DNA of 64,000 nt, from positions 38,938 through 102,937 of IMG/VR virus record IMGVR_UViG_3300005264_000064. One strand, 5' to 3'. Every line of letters begins with the position of its first letter. The first letter of the stretch is position 1. The notes below the pieces were generated by a model that saw nothing but the letters and a program-made list of their open reading frames with translations, was not told the origin of the DNA and did not search any database. Made by a program: the position numbers and the translations under genes. Source of the DNA: a virus. Positions 47,020 through 56,993 of the stretch are shown in pieces.

Positions 47020-47266
47020 CTAGTGTGTCTTTTGGTTTATACTGCTCAATTATGTCGGCAAGTTCGTCGAGGTCGTGCCAGCCGTTGTTGATGTTCAGTG
47101 AGTCCTCCAGACGTTTAATAGTCTTTGTGATGTCCTTTTGGTTATCTATTTTCTGGTTCTTGGCCCATATTGATATTGACTGCTCAGCCGTTTCCGCGAC
47201 TTCTCTGAAAGCAGACAACAAGAAAAAAATAAATACAAGAACAACAAGTATAATTACTGTATCCAT
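47012..47266 (-). CDS. hypothetical protein with N-terminal TM
   Basis: ORF with AAGGAG SD. Confidence 0.5.
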   Translation of the reverse strand: MDTVIILVVLVFIFFLLSAFREVAETAEQSISIWAKNQKIDNQKDITKTIKRLEDSLNINNGWHDLDELADIIEQYKPKDTLDE

Positions 47267-47268
47267 AA

Positions 47269-47562
47269 CTATATTCTCCTTTTTGTAGATGTACCGCTAA
47301 GACCAGTAAACGGGGTAGCAGTCGTATTGTTTATATTAAAGTGTAAGGGGTACTTAATAAGGTAGAGGGAAAACAGCATAGACGCTATCATACCTATAGC
47401 TAAGGCAGACGTAGAATTACTGAACATATATGAAATGCTGGCAAATACTAATGAGTCAGCAGCAGCATTTGCGTAGTTAGCATGCTTAAGCTTTGATAAA
47501 ATGATAGCAAAGTTAAAGAAAGTTGCTAAACCTATGATTGAGATCAGGTTAAGAGAGGCCAT
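47269..47562 (-). CDS. membrane protein
   Basis: Start MASLN with an AAGGAG SD; three hydrophobic segments. Confidence 0.55.
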   Translation of the reverse strand: MASLNLISIIGLATFFNFAIILSKLKHANYANAAADSLVFASISYMFSNSTSALAIGMIASMLFSLYLIKYPLHFNINNTTATPFTGLSGTSTKRRI

Positions 47563-47615
47563 GGTGTACTCCTTAAGTAAAATATTCGTATTCTTCTTGA
47601 TAAAAATAAAGTAAC

Positions 47616-47660
47616 AAAAAAAAAATAAATAGATAACCACAATTAAGTGATTACCTACTA
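47616..47660 (-). terminator. intrinsic terminator
   Basis: TAGGTAATCAC/GTGGTTATCTA hairpin followed by a long T run. Confidence 0.65.
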
Positions 47661-47663
47661 TTC

Positions 47664-47981
47664 TTAGAGCTGCTTAAAACCAAGACATCCAACTATGTCG
47701 CCATTTTCATTTCGTTGTGTGTTGCCTGGTGATACTACGTCTTGTCTTTCTCTTGGTACTCTGTTATGCACTAGACTAGATACTATATACATTGTACCTT
47801 CTCTTGGGTCAGGTAAACCATCAACTGTTGACACACGGGTACGGTAAATCGGTGCCCCATCTACTGTTCTTAGGGTTGTTTTGCTTGTTTTCACTGTTGC
47901 ACGTCTACCACTCGGTGGTATTGTGCGGCCTGATACCATTTCATTTACAGTATGGTTCGTTAAGTTTATAAAGTTTATCAT
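47664..47981 (-). CDS. NLTxH-motif protein (paralog of 44041..44364)
   Basis: INLTNH...GLPDP....YIVS...RQDVVSPG...RNENGDIVG. Confidence 0.6.
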   Translation of the reverse strand: MINFINLTNHTVNEMVSGRTIPPSGRRATVKTSKTTLRTVDGAPIYRTRVSTVDGLPDPREGTMYIVSSLVHNRVPRERQDVVSPGNTQRNENGDIVGCLGFKQL

Positions 47982-48038
47982 ATTTTCTCCTTAATTATTG
48001 AACACAGCACAGGACCTCTGCACTGTGTATGTGGTATG

Positions 48039-49967
48039 TTATTTCAATACCATTGGGTTTAGTTCAAAGTCTTCTGCTACTGGTAGCACTTTACTGGCAA
48101 CTTCTTGATTCCATTTAACAATTGCTGTAGCAGGAATGCCTATAGAGTGAAAGTAGTTGCTTAGTATAGCTTTACGGTTTACGTAGGTATGTTTTAACGA
48201 TGGCTGGTTTTCGTTAGCACCATTGCAATAGATATCTCTGCAGAAATCTGCTGCTTCACAGCATAGTATAGTTGCGTCATGGATAGGTAATGCCCAACCG
48301 TATTTTTCTATTACTTCTCTAACTGTGTTGTCTTCTACCTGGTTGTCTACTCTGTGGATTATACCAGTTACCATGTACTTACGAAATCTTTCAAGGTCAG
48401 GTATTTTAATTGTGTCCGTGTGTTTGATTAACTTGATGCTATTTGTAGCAGTGTCGTATAAATCGTACGCAACTGTTGTTTCACCTTTGTTGAAGAAGTG
48501 GTTACAGTTAGTTGTTATAACTTCATTGTCTACTTCTAGGTGCATTACAGCCGCAGGGTTACAGTTATTAATTACAAAGTCTTTAAACGCTTTAGCTAGT
48601 GCTAATTCACCGTTTTGTAGTTCGGCGTTGAAAGCTGCTACCTCTTCTGCTGTGTAGTCTATACCCATCTCTTGCCACATTTTCACAGGGCTTAAGTTAC
48701 TGCCATATAGAGTTCTCATAATTGTCTTGAATTGGTCACGGTTTGTGATTTTGTCACTTCCCCATGCGTCGTTTAGCTTTTCTGATTTAATGATGTTACA
48801 TCTCTCTAAGTACAGTGCGTGTCCAAGTAATAGGCCCAAGTAACCAAGGACTGACGCTGACATGTCGATTTCTATTGGATACATCCAGTTGTAGTCTTCA
48901 AGTGTTTCAACTTTTGCCTCTAATGCTGATAATGTAATTTTATAACATCCCTTTCTAGTTTTGTCGTTGTAGAGTTTGATGATGAATTGCTTGAAACGGT
49001 TGTTAGCGATGCCGAACGCGTTATCTAGGTCTTCGTAAGTGTTTTCTAACCCTATGTTGTGTATTGGGTTATTTGTCATTTTACGTGTATAGTAGCATTC
49101 TCGCCCTTGTGCAACTTTACTTTCTACAGTACCTTCCCTAAAGCCGCTGAGTTCTGCTATTGCTAGGAATTTGTTTTTGACACCTTTAGCAGTAGCTTTG
49201 TTGCGGTACCCTTCAGGGATTACTAGGTTTTGTCTCATTACCTTGTAACCAACTGGGTTACCTACACGATTTAGATAGCCAGCAATGTCTCTACCTCTAG
49301 GGTCTAGTCTATTTTGCCCACTCATATAAGTAGCGTCGTGGTTAGCATAGCTTTCTACTATTTCTGATGAAATTGTAGCGTAGTTAGCCTTGTTATTTAG
49401 GAGTCCTGGGTACCTCTCGATAGTTTTGTTGATGCCCTTGTTTATTTCTCTTGTGAACAGGCCCATGTTAGCTGCGATTCTACTGGTATTGAATTTAAAA
49501 GGTACAGTCGATGCCATTGCGAAGCCAGGTCTGTAAATGCCATTATAGTCTTCCTTAGCAATGAATGTAGCGTCATATGTCTCAAGGGTGTACTCTTGTA
49601 GTTTAGCGAATTTACGAGTAGACTCTAACGTTGTAGCTGACACATATTCCAGCAGTTTTGCTTCATTTAATTGTACTTCTGACCAGTTTCTAGATGGTTG
49701 AGTTAGCACTGTTATCCAACCTGCTTGACTTAGTGTCATTAGTAATACGTTGAAAGCTTTAGGGTTAGCAAATCTCTTAGCCCAGTACACTGTTGAAGTA
49801 GTAGCATTGTCAGCGTTCTTTAGGTAGTGATACCATAGAGATTTGAAGAATGCTTCCGCTAAGTATTGGATGTCGTCACCAAACTCATCAGCATAGCCAG
49901 TTATTGTTGGTAGTGATAATCGGCCTTGTTCTATTTGAATTGTTATTGTATTGTGGATGTCTATCAT
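48039..49967 (-). CDS. single-subunit (T7-like) DNA-dependent RNA polymerase, compact
   Basis: DPRGR; motif A IEIDMSAS; motif B RDQFKTIMRTLYGS; IIHRVD; motif C PIHDA. Confidence 0.8.
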   Translation of the reverse strand: MIDIHNTITIQIEQGRLSLPTITGYADEFGDDIQYLAEAFFKSLWYHYLKNADNATTSTVYWAKRFANPKAFNVLLMTLSQAGWITVLTQPSRNWSEVQLNEAKLLEYVSATTLESTRKFAKLQEYTLETYDATFIAKEDYNGIYRPGFAMASTVPFKFNTSRIAANMGLFTREINKGINKTIERYPGLLNNKANYATISSEIVESYANHDATYMSGQNRLDPRGRDIAGYLNRVGNPVGYKVMRQNLVIPEGYRNKATAKGVKNKFLAIAELSGFREGTVESKVAQGRECYYTRKMTNNPIHNIGLENTYEDLDNAFGIANNRFKQFIIKLYNDKTRKGCYKITLSALEAKVETLEDYNWMYPIEIDMSASVLGYLGLLLGHALYLERCNIIKSEKLNDAWGSDKITNRDQFKTIMRTLYGSNLSPVKMWQEMGIDYTAEEVAAFNAELQNGELALAKAFKDFVINNCNPAAVMHLEVDNEVITTNCNHFFNKGETTVAYDLYDTATNSIKLIKHTDTIKIPDLERFRKYMVTGIIHRVDNQVEDNTVREVIEKYGWALPIHDATILCCEAADFCRDIYCNGANENQPSLKHTYVNRKAILSNYFHSIGIPATAIVKWNQEVASKVLPVAEDFELNPMVLK

Positions 49968-50017
49968 TTTAACTCCTTAATTATGAGGTACCGTTTTATG
50001 AGTACCTCTGTGCTAAT

Positions 50018-50647
50018 CTAGTCCTCTAGTGTGAATCTATCGCCAGTCTTTATTAGGTCAGCGGCTTTGTTAAATTCAGCTAGTTTGCGGTTGGCAGTTG
50101 CTTCTGCTTTAGCGAACCACAGGTCGTATTTAGCCTTACTCATTTCCATTGAGCAGTCGTGTATTTCCAGTTTTAGTGCTAGTGACTTGATGATTTCTAC
50201 CAGTTCGTAGTAGTCTCCCTCTACAGCTGGGAACACGTCACCATCTTTGTAGTAAGCAGGTGAGCCTAGTGCAAGTGATGCTTGCTGTAACTCGATGAAC
50301 GGAACGTTGATAACAGCTTCGAATTGCATTTGTAGTTCATCAGTAAATGCACCTCTACTGCCTTGTACGATGCCTATTAGCTCTCCTAAGCCGATACCAA
50401 AGAAAGGTACAGAGAATACGTTGAGGTTAAATTTACGGCCGTCGTTAGCGATGAATGGCGGTAGTTTATTTAATGTTGTCATTGCAGTCTGTAACTTGCT
50501 TACTTCGGCACTCATTGCTGTTAGCTTTCTCTGTGATTCAATAAAATTAGTGTCCTCTAGTAGGGCTTTCACTCTTGTCTCTACTGACTTTTGTTTAGCT
50601 TTTTGTGCCGTTGCTACTTTGTCTGCGATTAGTTGATTGATGTCCAT
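50018..50647 (-). CDS. hypothetical protein
   Basis: ORF with AAGGA SD. Confidence 0.6.
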   Translation of the reverse strand: MDINQLIADKVATAQKAKQKSVETRVKALLEDTNFIESQRKLTAMSAEVSKLQTAMTTLNKLPPFIANDGRKFNLNVFSVPFFGIGLGELIGIVQGSRGAFTDELQMQFEAVINVPFIELQQASLALGSPAYYKDGDVFPAVEGDYYELVEIIKSLALKLEIHDCSMEMSKAKYDLWFAKAEATANRKLAEFNKAADLIKTGDRFTLED

Positions 50648-50778
50648 TTGTTTTCCTTGTTGTTGTTGCCGGTCATTGCCGGTGAAGGTGTTATTACAGC
50701 GGGTTGATTTGCGTGGTTGACTTGTGTTTTAATGCATTGGCGTTCCTTCGATGTTAGTTTCATTTAGGATGTTTATAC

Positions 50779-51144
50779 TCACCATTCGTCGCCCATTGTT
50801 CTACGAATGATATCGCCTAGCGTTTCCCTATCATCCCCGCATTCGTCTTGCGTACGCTCTGCGGTAGCACTGTTGCGCGTTTGCTGTTGTGCTATCGTGC
50901 ATATCTCCATACCTCTCAGTACAGCGATAACAGCTTTCACATTGGAACAGATTTCAGCATCGATACCGTTGATCACGATTTTGATGCTGTCATCTGTGAA
51001 GCATAGTTCTGTACTGAAATCTGTTATTTCATTCAGGTCGTTAACTGTTGTATTCAGCATTGCCATATTATTGATAGTTTTGCTCATTTTTCCAATCCTT
51101 TTTGTGTTTGAGTTTGCGTTTATACTTTGTTTTATCGGGTACAC
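50779..51144 (-). CDS. hypothetical protein
   Basis: ORF; the true start may be MSKT. Confidence 0.45.
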   Translation of the reverse strand: MYPIKQSINANSNTKRIGKMSKTINNMAMLNTTVNDLNEITDFSTELCFTDDSIKIVINGIDAEICSNVKAVIAVLRGMEICTIAQQQTRNSATAERTQDECGDDRETLGDIIRRTMGDEW

Positions 51145-51216
51145 ACCGTGTTTTGAGAGATATCTGTCCGGTACTAGCCAGGTAGATGTTATAGTCTCTC
51201 TTTGGCTGTTTCTTAC

Positions 51217-51579
51217 TCACGGTATCACCCAGCCCAGATGTTTGAACGAGTTTACCTTTACAACCGTACCGTCCGGTTGAGTTTGCTCTTCAGACACTCT
51301 TTGAGAGAACGAGTACATTGGGCTGATGCCGATAGCTCGGAGTGTTGTCTCTAACGGTGCCATTAAGTAAGGTGCTCCACCTACCATTACGTTACTGACG
51401 TGTTCACGCATTGCCAGTGCGCTGATAGCTTTGGCTCTTTTAGCTATTTCCTGTTGCGTTGGTAATTCGTCGAATGTTAGCAAGCATTGCAGTGTCATTT
51501 TTTCTTTTTCACCTAGGTCGATTACTCCGGCTTTCAGTTGTTCTACAGTTGCTGGGTGTTGAGTTAGATTTAGTATCAT
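51217..51579 (-). CDS. small alpha/beta protein resembling Csx15/Csx20-type proteins
   Basis: MILNLTQHPATVEQ...VGGAPYLM...YSFSQRVSEE...DG..VK...FKH. Confidence 0.5.
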   Translation of the reverse strand: MILNLTQHPATVEQLKAGVIDLGEKEKMTLQCLLTFDELPTQQEIAKRAKAISALAMREHVSNVMVGGAPYLMAPLETTLRAIGISPMYSFSQRVSEEQTQPDGTVVKVNSFKHLGWVIP

Positions 51580-51871
51580 AATGGCCCTTTCAAGATGTTA
51601 TACGGAATATCGTATAGTTTGGTTGGTCAGCTGTATATTTAACACAGTTCAGTGTTAATAGCTGACATAGGTTTTGGTATGTATTAAGGTTTCCTTAAGT
51701 CTTTTGGTTACTTTTTAAGCAGTTGATTTTAGGTAGCTGGTTGATTTTTAAGCAGGGTTGGGTAACTTGGATAATTAAAATAACTAGAATAGCTAGAGTA
51801 ATTAGAATAACTAGAGTAATGTAGCTACTCTGCCTGTTAGTCTCTTTACTCTACCTACGTGAGGCTATTTC

Positions 51872-52084
51872 CTACGATCTAATTTTAATATCTCCCCGAC
51901 TAGGGCTATTTTGCCAGCGTTGAAACGGTTTCCAGAACTCGTCTTTGAAGCTTACCATACCATTACTGTCGATGCAGATGAGGTGAGCTTCCGTTGTACT
52001 GATGCCTGTATAGAGGACGAATGCCTCTTCTTCTAGCTGTGCGTCTAGTTCGGTTTGATGCTTGTACGGCTGTATTTTCAACAT
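51872..52084 (-). CDS. hypothetical protein
   Basis: ORF with AAGGA SD. Confidence 0.5.
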   Translation of the reverse strand: MLKIQPYKHQTELDAQLEEEAFVLYTGISTTEAHLICIDSNGMVSFKDEFWKPFQRWQNSPSRGDIKIRS

Positions 52085-52298
52085 GGTTGTCCTTTTGTTG
52101 TTAGCGAGGGTTTGCCTCTTGCGGTTCTCTCTGACCCTCTGAAAGAAGGGATTGCCCTCTTCCTGTTATAGTACTTGTTGTATTAATGATATGAGTGGTA
52201 CCCATATACTAATACCTACTACTATTGGTGTTATCGACATAACGTTTCCTTTAGGTTTATTGTCCCGCCATTATACTGAGACGGGAATCAGTTGTTGG

Positions 52299-52586
52299 TT
52301 ACGCTGCCTTAGGTGATTTACCTTTTAGCAATGCGTCTAACTCGTCTATAGTAACTATAGATGTCATAGCTTGTGCTCTAACTGCTAGCTCGTTGCGGTG
52401 TTCAGCGTTGTCTAGTTTAAGGTCGAACGCGTAAGTACCAGCTGTGTCGTCTGCGACGTCTGCAACTGTATCAACTACTTTAGCGCCTGTTTGTACAACT
52501 CTCTCTGCTGATGATGCCATTGCACTGATAGCCTTACCGAAGTAAAAGATTACCGCGATGATTCCTACTATGTATACTAATTCCAT
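52299..52586 (-). CDS. hypothetical protein with N-terminal TM
   Basis: ORF with AAGGAG SD. Confidence 0.55.
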   Translation of the reverse strand: MELVYIVGIIAVIFYFGKAISAMASSAERVVQTGAKVVDTVADVADDTAGTYAFDLKLDNAEHRNELAVRAQAMTSIVTIDELDALLKGKSPKAA

Positions 52587-52677
52587 TTTGTCTCCTTAGT
52601 TACCCGATGTGGGTTGTGTGACTACAATTATTTGTATACCGCCCCTAGTCACCGTTGCGGTTAGACATATAATAATA

Positions 52678-52698
52678 TATCTATTTAATAAAAATTGA
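52678..52698 (-). promoter_or_regulatory. 21-bp direct repeat, copy 1
   Basis: TATCTATTTAATAAAAATTGA, identical to 53123-53143. Confidence 0.55.
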
Positions 52699-52720
52699 TG
52701 TGTACATGGTCGGTGTAGTA

Positions 52721-52762
52721 GTTAGTATGGTCTGTTAGTATGGTCTGTTAGTATGGGCTGTG
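52721..52762. repeat. tandem repeat (GTTAGTATGGTCT) about x3
   Basis: 13-bp units; the third has one mismatch. Confidence 0.75.
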
Positions 52763-52836
52763 TAGTATGTACGGTGGTATTTAAACCGTTCTCTCTGACC
52801 ATGGACTGTAAGGAAAGAAAAAAAGGGACCTACTCG

Positions 52837-53097
52837 TTAGAGTAGATCACTGACATCGATAGGCGCAGCGCGCACTATTTCACCTGTGTATAGCTTCCTA
52901 GCCATACTTAGGAAGAAGAGGCATTTATCCTCGTCTTTGTCTAACTTCAGACCCTCTGAAGCTAGGAACAGTACTGCCCATTGGGCTGGTACAGTTAACT
53001 CAGCAGGCATACGCTCTGCTAGTTTAGTTGCCACTGTCCAACCTTTGGTTGTCAGTGTCATCTCGTCTTCGACTAGTGTATCAATTAGCTTGCTCAT
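52837..53097 (-). CDS. hypothetical protein (first leftward early gene)
   Basis: ORF with AAGGA SD. Confidence 0.55.
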   Translation of the reverse strand: MSKLIDTLVEDEMTLTTKGWTVATKLAERMPAELTVPAQWAVLFLASEGLKLDKDEDKCLFFLSMARKLYTGEIVRAAPIDVSDLL

Positions 53098-53122
53098 TGT
53101 AGATCCTTTAGGTTTAATAGTT

Positions 53123-53143
53123 TATCTATTTAATAAAAATTGA
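53123..53143 (-). promoter_or_regulatory. 21-bp direct repeat, copy 2
   Basis: Identical to 52678-52698; lies just upstream of the SD of 52837..53097. Confidence 0.55.
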
Positions 53144-53614
53144 ACTGTGAACGGTTTTAGTGAGCAGTTTGTCTTAGGGGGGGCACCCCAGCAGGGAAAG
53201 AAAGAAAGTAGGGAACTGCCCCTACTCGCAAAAAAATGTAATTACAGGTATGAAATTCTTAAATTATTCTTAAGTACACCGCCCTTCCACGAAAAAATAA
53301 CAATGTACACACATGGAATTCTTAAACGAGCCTTGGAACCCCTGCCTGCTGTGTACAGTAAAATACGTAACTTATAAACTACGTATTTCCGAACATGGAA
53401 AGAAATATGTACAATTCCTGCAAAGTTATCGATAACGAGTACCCGCCGTTAGAAGTGTATATATTATTAATTAATAAGGGAAGACTTACAAAATGATCCG
53501 TAGGTCCTACAGAGAGGGCAGAGCTCCCGATATCGAGTGAATATAAATGAGCGTGAATAAGTACCTATTCGCACATTAATGTGCGTTTGACCCCCACAAA
53601 AAACCTATTAATGA

Positions 53615-53650
53615 GACAAGCTTATTTTCAGGTGTATTGCAGTATAATAT
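53615..53650 (+). promoter_or_regulatory. sigma70-type promoter for rightward genes
   Basis: TATAAT at 53643-53648, about 30 nt before an AAGGAG-led ATG. Confidence 0.5.
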
Positions 53651-53679
53651 GCACATAAATAAGTAGCCAAGGAGCTAAC

Positions 53680-54024
53680 ATGCATAAAATCAAGAAAAGG
53701 AGTATAGTGATGCACGCAAAAGCAGCGTATAGATGTAGAATACCAAGTGACGAGGCATTATCTGCAATGAAGGACTTATCAGCCGGTGCTTTTAAGTTGT
53801 TGGTGTACTACTATAGTAAGAGTACTGGATGGGAATTTATCGACAAAGAGATAGCAGAAGCCTTAGATGTTACAGAGAGACGGTTAGCTGTACTTAAGAA
53901 AGAGTTGACAGATAAAGATTACCTGTTGCTGTTAAAGGGGTCGGATATTGACAACTACTTTATAGGCAGGCAAGCAGTACAGGCCTGGAAGAATCCGAAG
54001 AATGACAGCGGAGAGGATGAGTAA
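53680..54024 (+). CDS. winged-HTH protein
   Basis: LSAGAFKLLVYY...W.F...EIAEAL..TERR....KKEL...YL. Confidence 0.6.
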   Translation: MHKIKKRSIVMHAKAAYRCRIPSDEALSAMKDLSAGAFKLLVYYYSKSTGWEFIDKEIAEALDVTERRLAVLKKELTDKDYLLLLKGSDIDNYFIGRQAVQAWKNPKNDSGEDE

Positions 54025-54233
54025 TGGAGCCTAACAGTGTAACAATACCGGCGCAGCTGCTGGATATATTCCTGATGGTAGACAAACCCGACCAGGTACT
54101 GATCCAACGTATACTGCGGAATGATGGGTACCACCCGACGGCAGAGGAACTGTCGATGGTGAGGCAACTGCTGAAGAGACGCGTCATCAGAGAAACACCG
54201 AGCGGACTAAAGGTCGACAATGGCCAAGCGTAG
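54024..54233 (+). CDS. hypothetical protein
   Basis: TAATG overlap with the upstream gene. Confidence 0.5.
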   Translation: MEPNSVTIPAQLLDIFLMVDKPDQVLIQRILRNDGYHPTAEELSMVRQLLKRRVIRETPSGLKVDNGQA

Positions 54234-54630
54234 CGCGGTGAGTACCCGAACAACAACCTTCGACATCGAACCCGTACCAGCAAGTAGACCGAGAGTTACA
54301 AGATGGGGGGCGTACTACGGGAAGAAGTATACTAAGTTTAAGAAGGACATGGAGGAACTGGTCGGAGGTATGGAGAAGACGGAGGGGTTGCTGAAGGTAG
54401 ACCTTGTTTTCTGGGTACCAATGGCTAAGTCATGGAGCAAGAAGAAGAAAGCGGAGTATGATGGGCAGTGGTGTGACTCTAATAGTGACATTGATAATTT
54501 GCAGAAAGCTGTGTTAGACTCTATGAACGGGTATGCGTACGATGATGACAGACAGATTGTTGACATACATGCCGTCAAGAAATGGGCGGTTGATGGAAAG
54601 ATCGAGGTGCGCATTGATCAAGTTGCCTAA
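54220..54630 (+). CDS. rusA: RusA-like Holliday junction resolvase
   Basis: PVPASRPR, DIDNLQKAVLDSMNG.AYDDDRQIV. Confidence 0.9.
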   Translation: MAKRSAVSTRTTTFDIEPVPASRPRVTRWGAYYGKKYTKFKKDMEELVGGMEKTEGLLKVDLVFWVPMAKSWSKKKKAEYDGQWCDSNSDIDNLQKAVLDSMNGYAYDDDRQIVDIHAVKKWAVDGKIEVRIDQVA

Positions 54631-55021
54631 ACTTAGAGTGAGTAAGAAAGAGATGGCAGATGACGAGGGGATATTGTACTTGCTGTATGTAATGCATGAA
54701 GGATGTAAGTTAGTGAAGATCGGTATCACCAAGAGGCCGACTATTGTTGACAGAGTGTTGGAAATTGTTGCCGGGTACTATAAAGTGTATAGGATATTCC
54801 CAGAGGTGTACCCGAAAAGGCATAGACGGACGACAATGGTCTTCAAGAAGGAGGCGATGATGCATGCATACTACAGGGATATGAAGGTAGAGTTCGATAA
54901 ACCGTTTACTGGGTACACAGAGATGTTTAAGATTGATGATGAGGAGCATCTGTTAGAAGTATACCAGCGAGTGGTTGATGGTGAGGAGCTTAAGGTAAAT
55001 AACAGCGAAGAAAAGGTATAA
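54623..55021 (+). CDS. GIY-YIG / T5orf172-like nuclease domain protein
   Basis: GILYLL...LVKIGITKR...E..MH...GYTEMF; start uncertain. Confidence 0.6.
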   Translation: MPKLRVSKKEMADDEGILYLLYVMHEGCKLVKIGITKRPTIVDRVLEIVAGYYKVYRIFPEVYPKRHRRTTMVFKKEAMMHAYYRDMKVEFDKPFTGYTEMFKIDDEEHLLEVYQRVVDGEELKVNNSEEKV

Positions 55022-55052
55022 TGGTCAATAAAGTAGTAGCAGGAGGTAGACC

Positions 55053-55247
55053 ATGTATGAATGGTTATGTAAGTTTGCGTTAAAAAGAACTAGCAGACAG
55101 TTTCAAATATTATTAGCAAAGTATATAGTTGAAGACATACAGGGATGTACCGACTACAGTATAGGCAATACCGTGGCAGAAAAGATAATCGAAGCTGTAG
55201 TCAAAAGTAGCGGAAATAAAGTGACCGCTTTCGTACTAAAGGACTAG
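55053..55247 (+). CDS. hypothetical protein
   Basis: AGGAGG SD; TATAAT upstream. Confidence 0.55.
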   Translation: MYEWLCKFALKRTSRQFQILLAKYIVEDIQGCTDYSIGNTVAEKIIEAVVKSSGNKVTAFVLKD

Positions 55248-55249
55248 AT

Positions 55250-55504
55250 ATGGTAACTGAGACTGTTGTACTTGATAGATCGGATAACGAGTGGATAAGC
55301 GTAGTGAACACTGCGGGTACTATCATTATCGCAGGCATGACAGGAAGTATTAGACTTAGGTTCGGTATAGATAGTAGTAGTGCCGGGATGTTGTTGGATG
55401 AAGAGGATACAATTACTGCCCACGAGACGTTTTACATACAGCCCGTGCCTAAGACATCAAAGAGACAGTATGGGTACACAGAAGTATGTGTACATAAAGG
55501 GTAG
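55250..55504 (+). CDS. hypothetical protein
   Basis: Operon context. Confidence 0.55.
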   Translation: MVTETVVLDRSDNEWISVVNTAGTIIIAGMTGSIRLRFGIDSSSAGMLLDEEDTITAHETFYIQPVPKTSKRQYGYTEVCVHKG

Positions 55505-55506
55505 AG

Positions 55507-55845
55507 ATGATATCTAAGGGTGGAAAGAACGTAAACTTCGGAAGCACTTCAGCAGGTGGTGGAGAAGGTATAAGCCCTAGCCAGACTATTATCATAGAAC
55601 AGAACCTGGGAGCACAGATTGACGAGAGGGAAGGGCATACCGAAATTACGTGGAGTAACGGGCTGCCCAGTAAAATAGAAAAGTGGACTGACAGCGGGAA
55701 GACGAAGAAGTTGTGGACAATTAGTCCCACGTTTGTAGGGGGAGTACCCATACAGGTAGTGAGACTTAATGAGGATGACGGCATTAGTGAAACTGTGACA
55801 ATAGAATGGGCTGACGGCGTGCCTATTAAAGTAAGTAAAGGGTAG
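55507..55845 (+). CDS. hypothetical (possibly virion) protein
   Basis: Operon context. Confidence 0.55.
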   Translation: MISKGGKNVNFGSTSAGGGEGISPSQTIIIEQNLGAQIDEREGHTEITWSNGLPSKIEKWTDSGKTKKLWTISPTFVGGVPIQVVRLNEDDGISETVTIEWADGVPIKVSKG

Positions 55846-55847
55846 TA

Positions 55848-56531
55848 GTGAAGTACTCAACAAAGAATGTAATGGTGGTGGTACTAATAGTGATGAGTAC
55901 AATCACTATAGACACGTGGTGGGCGTATAACCTGGAAAACAGTGCAAGAACGCAGGCAAGATACAATTTAGAACAAATAAAGGCTTGCGTAAATGACTTG
56001 ACGGTAGAGGGGACCAATGAAGAACTCGAAAAGACATTGAAAACGTGCGCTAGGAGAAGTAGAGTAAGTCCAACAGGGGATGTATTCGCGTATGATATGG
56101 GTAGTAGAGAATTTGTATTCGATCCTAGCCTAGACTGCTTTGTTGAGGGTGGTAAATTTATGACAGTAGAAAGTGAATGCCAGTTACACACAGAACCTAA
56201 GCAATGTGAACAAGCACTAGCAGTACTAGGACAAGGATACGATAGTGATGAGAATACAAAATTGAGCTGGCAATTTGATGACTCGGAAGAATATCTAGAA
56301 TTTAAAATATTACCAGAAGAAACGTTAGGGTTCAAAGGAATACAACGTGGCTCTAATAGAAAAAGACCACATCAGTTGGTTGTGGTTCAAGGGATACAGG
56401 AAGATGAAATAAGAAATAGGTATGCTGGATTTCGCGGTTTGGTGTATGCAATAGGATTCATGTCAATAATATTAAATTTGGCAATAGCAGTACATACGCC
56501 AAATCACGGGAGAAAAAAAGATGACCGCTAG
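55848..56531 (+). CDS. two-TM membrane protein with Cys-containing extracytoplasmic domain
   Basis: Hydrophobic N- and C-terminal segments. Confidence 0.55.
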   Translation: MKYSTKNVMVVVLIVMSTITIDTWWAYNLENSARTQARYNLEQIKACVNDLTVEGTNEELEKTLKTCARRSRVSPTGDVFAYDMGSREFVFDPSLDCFVEGGKFMTVESECQLHTEPKQCEQALAVLGQGYDSDENTKLSWQFDDSEEYLEFKILPEETLGFKGIQRGSNRKRPHQLVVVQGIQEDEIRNRYAGFRGLVYAIGFMSIILNLAIAVHTPNHGRKKDDR

Positions 56532-56865
56532 AGAAGGAATAGAGATAGCAACAGAGGTGGCAGTAGCACTAAAGAATGTAATGCTAGGTGGGGCAGGAGG
56601 AATCGTGGCTTATATGTATGATTACTCAAAAACAAAAAAGATGAATAAAGAAATAGAATGGTCGAATAGCGCAGTGGTGATAAATATGTTCATAGGAGCA
56701 TTTGTAGCAAGTTCGCTAGCAACATTCATACCACAGGATATGGGCGGTAGAGATGGAATAGTGGCATTCATAGGTGTATCAAGTTATGCAATATTAGGAA
56801 TAGTAGAGAGTCGATTTGCTAAGTATATATTAGGAAAAACAATAGGATTCAAAGATGGGATGTAG
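56521..56865 (+). CDS. holin-like membrane protein
   Basis: 114 aa with three hydrophobic segments. Confidence 0.5.
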   Translation: MTAREGIEIATEVAVALKNVMLGGAGGIVAYMYDYSKTKKMNKEIEWSNSAVVINMFIGAFVASSLATFIPQDMGGRDGIVAFIGVSSYAILGIVESRFAKYILGKTIGFKDGM

Positions 56866-56993
56866 CAAGTGTATGTATGGATATACAAAAGAAACATGTC
56901 CGAAAAGGAAATATGAGAACCACAGACTGATACTTAGTGGGGTGGTGTTGGTTCTCATAGCAATAATAGTATATATAGCGTAAAGGTTAACTG

